A stretch of DNA of 63,955 nucleotides, counting the filler, from Klebsormidium nitens (lineage: Eukaryota > Plantae > Klebsormidiophyceae), in assembly GCA_000708835.1 (NCBI GenBank). It is 6 parts of 6 records of this genome, joined end to end, with 100 filler letters (N's around TTAATTAATTAA, not from the genome) between each part and the next. Parts side by side here need not be neighbours in the genome. Positions count along the whole stretch, not along the records: positions 52,851 to 61,479 come from DF238232.1; positions 61,580 to 63,955 come from DF238701.1; 4 more parts are not named here. One strand, written 5' to 3'. Below are positions 59,101 to 63,955 of the stretch, in pieces. Numbering within the stretch: position 1 is the first letter of the stretch; the number at the start of each line of letters is the position of its first letter. The notes under the pieces are model-generated. The model ran no database searches. It had not been told where the DNA came from and saw only the letters and a list, made by a program, of their open reading frames with translations. The translations under genes were made by a program, and so were the position numbers.

Positions 59101-61088
59101 GTCCGCCACTCGCGGTCTTTCGAGTACACGTTCAGGTCTATGAGAGCCGCGACCGCGGGATCCCACGGGAGCAGCCTCTTCTTGAGGCGCCTCGCAAAGT
59201 GGAGAGCCCCCTCGGTGTTGGAGCCGAAGACGAGCTGACGGGGGGACAGCTGGTTGATGGTGAGGTGGAGGCTGAACTTGGTTTGACCGGGGCTTTCGAG
59301 CCAGATAAAGCTGCTCGGCTGCAGCTCATGGTCGTACTGTTCCTTGAACACAACAGCGGCCCACTTCTCGATGATCCGGATGACCTCCTCCCCCGTGTAC
59401 CTCTCCCCACCCTCCACGACCTCCCCATCCGCCCCGGTCACCGGCTGACGCTTGAAGGGGAGCCCGTCCTTGCCGTCGAGGTCGAGGTAGGGCTTGCAGG
59501 GCTTCCCGTTCTGGATGATCTCCGTCACCGACCCGTGCCGCCCCTCCAGCTGCGACCGCGCCGTGTCCCAATCCGGATATGACGCAAAGCTGCGCCACGG
59601 GACCCTCACCCCTTTTTCGACCTTTCCGGACCACTTGTGCAGGACCACTTGCGCCTCGTGGTTTAGGAGCGCCGCCTCCTGCTGCATGAAGAACTTTGGG
59701 CCGGGAAGGCGGCCCCTGGGGTTCGACCCGGTCTGATGGAAGCAGTTGGCGCCGTGCTCCCGCACACGCAGCACCCGAAATCCGTCCTTCTTGAAGACCT
59801 CGTTGCCGGTCAGCGGGTCAGAGTGCACCGCTGGCTCAGGCTCCGCCACAAGCTCCTCGCGCGCCATTGAGAATCTGCATGAGCGATGAAGAAGAAGTCA
59901 AACACCGCAGCGTAAGAGAGGCTGACATACCTGCGTAACCTTCGGCCGTGCTCATGAACACGTCCTGACCAGTACAGGTCGCTTTTGTGGAGACAGGCCC
60001 ATGTTGGTGGACGGGCTTGATGGGCTGTGGTGCATCAGAAAAGCCTCGCTAACCACGCCTCGCGCTTTACAGAGAATGATTCAGCACATTCCGAAGCACC
60101 GCAACACTTGATGCGCCGGCCGACCTTGCACCAAAGCATGCACCACAAAGCGGGCTCGCACTAGCAAAGAGAGAACGACAAGTCTCCCCCAATCATGGCC
60201 TTTAGTATCTAGAACACTGGCTGATGTACACGTATCAGCAATCTACAAAAAGCAGTCGTGGCGACCAATCGTAGCTCGGGAGCTACCATTGCTATCGGTC
60301 TGAAATGCTTAGTTCTTGATTGTTAGTTGATGTACACTATGCATTGTCCGATTGATACAGATTTTCGACAGCGAATCACCCAAGAAGCACAAGAGAAGCG
60401 GGGGTGACCTGCAGCCCCCATCAAGTTTGTAAGGTTCACCACATTGTAGACCTTCAAGAAGAGCACTTACACAGACGTCTGCGGCGCTTCATCCCGGGCC
60501 CGCCGCCTCTGCATCTCGCTCCGCATGGGCGCCAGCGCATCGTCCGGGGTCTCGTCTGCCGCGGATCGAGCTGTCTCTTCCTCCATCTCCATCAGCCGGT
60601 ACAAATCCAGTGTTCCGGCGTCCGGCTGCGTCGAGTCGTCGATGCCCCGGTCATCCTCGGATGTGGGCTCTTCGTCGGACTCGGTCTCGTCTGACGTTTC
60701 TTGAATGTCGACGGAGCCGGCCTCTTCGTCAGACGCCGACGCAACCTCCTGCAGGATATAAGAATCAAGAATGGTTCAAGGATTCGGGTCTTCATTCGGT
60801 CATGCTGGCCAGGGGCTGCTCATTGATTTTCATATAAAGTTAACAAAGGCATCTGCGCCCAGGGTGCTTAGCCAAGCAATGAAGACAGAGCCTATGCCTT
60901 TGTGTGCACAAACCAGCCCTGGCATGCCCCTCGCACTCTCACCGATCGCGCACACTTCTTCCTGATGGCCACAACACACGATTGCTCACCGCTTCGTCCG
61001 GGCTTCCGGTCCGCATCCGAGTACCGGTGGGCGCCGGGGAGCTCTCCCTGCTCGAGGCGGTCCTATTCCGACGTGCGACCTCCTGCAT
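53173..61088 (-). CDS. Intron-containing primase-helicase fusion of about 1,414 aa: acidic N-terminus, AEP (NCLDV/herpes/PrimPol-type) primase, Zn-binding module, UL9-like origin-binding SF2 helicase and C-terminal domain. It carries one frameshift and one in-frame stop, so it may be a recent pseudogene.
   Basis: Manual exons: 61088-60990, 60748-60471, 59874-58998, 58369-57844, 57247-56671, 56252-55764, 55093-55034, 54863-54747, 54393-53173. All eight introns are GT-AG and phase-compatible once the exon-4 frameshift is allowed for. AEP motifs: EII...PCKPYLDLD, KFSLHL, IDLNVYSKDREWR. Zn module: PCYTGRIHE...YALCFS...PC. Helicase: SGVNTGKT, VQVDSL, LVILDEVASIL, YSPTVEAGVNFD, QATLRVR. Lesions: 1-nt shift near 58070 and TAA at 53565-53563. 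Exons 1, 7 and 8 are the least certain. Confidence 0.75.
58680..58953. repeat. Degenerate tandem repeat of about 104 bp (about 2.5 copies) inside intron 3 of the primase-helicase gene
   Basis: gtgtaccaagaa...tattact...aagaatctaa.ggg..ttttctggtacatcctgcagg...cccatcaagcg recurs at about 58680 and 58784; ttttctggtaca recurs near 58932. Confidence 0.75.
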
Positions 61089-61171
61089 CCGAGCATTGGG
61101 GCACGCTCAATTCAGGGCAGGCGTCATCAGTACTTAGGGGGACGCCTCGGCGCTCAAAGGCCATCACAACC

Positions 61172-61479
61172 ATGTGCTTTGACACCAAGTTCACGGGCCA
61201 TTTTGCTCTTTCCCGCCCCCTGACCGCCGAAGAGAGCGCGATTCTGAAGGCCGTGCACGACTACCGCCCTAAGGATGGCCTGGAGCTACCCTCTGCGGCT
61301 CCGGGTCAAGAGAGGCCGGTCAAGATCGAACGGAAGGGGGTCAAGCACAACTACGGTGGGGAGGGATTCCACATCTTCAAGGAATTTCCCTCCTTCGACT
61401 GCCGTTGGACTGTCTCACGCGATAAGCGTGCTCTTGTCTGGGACGAAAGGGGCCCCTTCAAGAACTATGTGAGCTGGTT
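61172..61479 (+). CDS. Hypothetical protein of phage/large-DNA-virus type, 3'-truncated by the contig edge
   Basis: MCFDTKFTGHFALSRPLT...CRWTVSRDKRALVWDERGPFKNYVSW resembles, from memory, a hypothetical family with T.F.G.F.L..PLT...C.W......WD..EKFY.Y..WL. Its ATG is 83 nt from the divergent primase-helicase ATG. Confidence 0.5.
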
Positions 61480-61579
61480 NNNNNNNNNNNNNNNNNNNNN
61501 NNNNNNNNNNNNNNNNNNNNNNNTTAATTAATTAANNNNNNNNNNNNNNNNNNNNNNNNNNNNNNNNNNNNNNNNNNNN
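61480..61579. other. Artificial contig-joining linker
   Basis: 44 N + TTAATTAATTAA + 44 N. Confidence 0.97.
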
Positions 61580-61635
61580 TTACATACAAAGAGTTGCTGC
61601 AGGTACTAGTATTCTGTGAAGCCTGCAGGAAAGCA

Positions 61636-61850
61636 GTCCAAAGGGGCGTGGAAAAACTCAAAGGAGTTGATTGAAAGTCCAAAGGGGCGTTGAAAAGCCC
61701 AAAGGGGCCAGTGGTGAAGTCCAAAGGGGCAGAGGACAGGAGTCCAAAGGGGGGCCCTGACAATCAAGCTCAAAGGAGCAGAAGCCTGTGTATTAAGCCC
61801 AAAGGGGCCAGAATCAAAGCTCAGTGTACTGTAGCTAAGCTCAAAGGAGC
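61636..61850. repeat. Irregularly spaced short motif array, (C/T)CAAAGG(G/A)G
   Basis: About nine occurrences (ccaaaggggc, tcaaaggagt, tcaaaggagc...) at spacings of roughly 15-35 nt, upstream of the gag ORF. Confidence 0.7.
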
Positions 61851-62397
61851 GGAATCTGAGCTCGGGAGGGGGGGCAGCCGCTGCAAGGGCAGCCTTAGTG
61901 GAAGCGCCGGCCTCAGATCTGAGGGGCGCAGCATATCAGCAGGCTGGCAGGCTGAGGCGCGCTGCGCCAGAAGACCAGCCTTCAGCGAAGTGTGCGAGAA
62001 GATCAGGCTGAGGCGTGACACGCCAGAAGACCAGCCTGCAGTGCACGTTTGGCAGAGCCCCCCAGCAAGTCCGCTGAAGCGCAGGCCGCCTAACAAAAGG
62101 GCAGTGCTCCAGTTAACCTGTAGAGCGCGCCAAGTTAGAGCTCCCCAGGCGTGGTTGAGCTCCCGGCAGGCCCCCCTTTGTGTGTGCGCCGCTGGTTCCT
62201 GTTAAGCGCACCCTTCAGGTGAGCGCACGTATCCTGAGCCCTGCGGCCGATCACAAGGATAAACGGTGAGTCCTGTTCAGGGGGGTGTGCACTGCGCGCT
62301 TTTCAGCGCCTGACTTTTCAGGACCGTTGTCAGCTGCAGAATGGGTTTTTCTGTGACTGGCGTGTTTCGATGGCTTGCGCTCGTGAACCTGGTCATG

Positions 62398-63759
62398 ATG
62401 GGCAGCGAGTATGGTGGTGCAGCCTTGCTTGCGGGGCCGTCAGGGTCTGTTGGATTGTTCAGCGGGCGACCAGGCACCCAGTCTGTGGAGGATTTTGAGG
62501 ATCGACTGCTGGCGGCCTACGCCAAGGCCAAATCGAAAGATAAGAAGTTGACCGAGGCTGAGTTCTTGCTTCAGCTGCCCGCCTATCTTGAGCATGAGGC
62601 GCTGCAGTTGTGGCGCAAATGCAGAAAGGATATCTTAAAAAAGCCAGAGGATGCTTCTGATTATAATCCAATTGCTGATCTGATTGCGCTCTTTAAAGAG
62701 CATTTTGGGGTGGCAAGTGCAGCAAAGGTTCGCGAGTTGCAGACCTTGAAGAAGCGCGAGGATGAAACCTGCAGAATGCTGAAAAGCCGCTTGGAGCGCC
62801 TCGCTGAGGAAACAGGTCTGTTGAATGCACGCGAGCAGGCGCTGACGTTTGTGAATGCCTTGCCCACTGCAGTGCGCGAGCGAATTGAGCCGATTCTCTG
62901 GGCTAAAAGCGCGAATGGCATCTACAGCTTGGATGACGCATTTCAAGCTGCTGAGCGTGTTGAGTTGGCGCAGGCGTATGCATCTGGCATGCGGGGGTGG
63001 GCAGAGTCTAGCGCGCCAAGAACGAAACAATCGTCTGCTCATGCGGCCAGTGCCGCCGACTCTTCCTCTTGCTACAGGTGTGGGCAGCTTGGCCATCAAG
63101 CAAGCAACTGCCCAGGGACGGACAGCCGCTGCAACTCTTGCCACAAGCGCGGCCACACAGAGGCAGTTTGCTGGACGGCGCACCCCGAGCTCAAGCCCGA
63201 CTGGACCAGCGATGGTAAGAGCAGCGGAGGCCAAGAGCGCGGGCTTGCGCAGCGAGTGGATGCGCTAGCAGCCCAAGTTGAAAAGCTAACCCTACAGATG
63301 GCCACCCTTGTGCAGGGCCGTCGGGTTGGTCATGCGCGGCAGGCTGCAGTTCAGCAGCGTCCCATGGAGTCTGACGATGAAGTGGACGAGGCCACTGATT
63401 CCAAGCAGGCTGCTTACAGCGCGCTTAACGCTCAAAGGCCCACTTATGATCTTGCGCGTGATTGGCAGGTCGTTGACACCAGCGATCCGGCGTATGTTGC
63501 TGCGTCTCACAAACAATATTTGCAGGTTACTCAACCTAACGACTCTCATGCACCCAAGCCTGCAGCTGATGCAGCATACAGCGCTCAGGGTGCCAAGCAC
63601 CCAATGGATGCCGCCTTTGAAGACGAGGAGTACCGAGCCCGCTGCGCAGCTCACGACGCCTACCGCGCTCAGAAGGAGAAGGAGGAGGAAGGCCGGAAGT
63701 GGGCCGAGAAGTTGCTGGACGCGTGGGAGGAGCGCCAGCTCAAGCGGCAGGGTGAGTAG
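62398..63759 (+). mobile_element. LTR-retrotransposon gag ORF (probably Ty3/Gypsy-like) with two CCHC zinc knuckles
   Basis: LFSGRPGTQSVEDFEDRL...AYLEHEALQLW...LFKEHFG...LKKREDET...FVNALP (gag core). Knuckles CYRCGQLGHQASNC and CNSCHKRGHTEAVC. No pol is present in the window. Confidence 0.8.
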
Positions 63760-63955
63760 GATAGGCCCAGCATAGGAGGTGGATTGCTGTGCCGGGACGG
63801 CCCAGCCGGCTAGGGGGGAATTGGATAGAAACAAAAATAATCCCGCTGATTGCATTTGCAGATCGGTTGGCATGAGGCGATGAGGAATAAATTGTTAGAT
63901 AGGCGCAGCATACAAATAAAATGACTGCAATTCTGTTCCTATCGAGCTAGCCTGG

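Noticed and set aside
1-63955. tRNA or rRNA genes
   Set aside because: None recognised by eye; tRNAscan-SE or Infernal would be needed to exclude them.

Overview
This is a eukaryotic assembly window from a green alga or streptophyte alga, and it is not one continuous locus. Five identical 100-bp linkers (44 N + TTAATTAATTAA + 44 N) join six unrelated contigs. (1) 1-16225, intron-rich host DNA at moderate GC: an Ig-like/multi-pass membrane protein gene, a piggyBac-like TIR element spanning a gap, a calponin-homology gene and LWD1/AN11. (2) 16326-21295: two head-to-head divergent histone H3 variants, a head-to-head paralogue pair of an unknown Trp-rich protein, and a decayed Copia gag-protease. 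(3) 21396-41092, very GC-rich host DNA: accC, ClpP4, NDUFA9 and AP-2 alpha-adaptin. (4) 41193-52750: an intronless giant-virus (Nucleocytoviricota)-like island with a glycosyltransferase start, a frameshifted Ulp1/C48 protease, a tandemly amplified Bro-N/DUF559 cassette and a 95-aa-repeat fibre-like protein. (5) 52851-61479: a hand-reconstructed 9-exon gene of about 1,400 aa that fuses an acidic N-terminus, an AEP primase, a Zn-binding module and a UL9-like origin-binding SF2 helicase, lying head-to-head with a phage/virus-type hypothetical gene. (6) 61580-63955: an LTR-retrotransposon gag. All product calls come from recognising motifs by eye; no searches were run, and splice models are manual.
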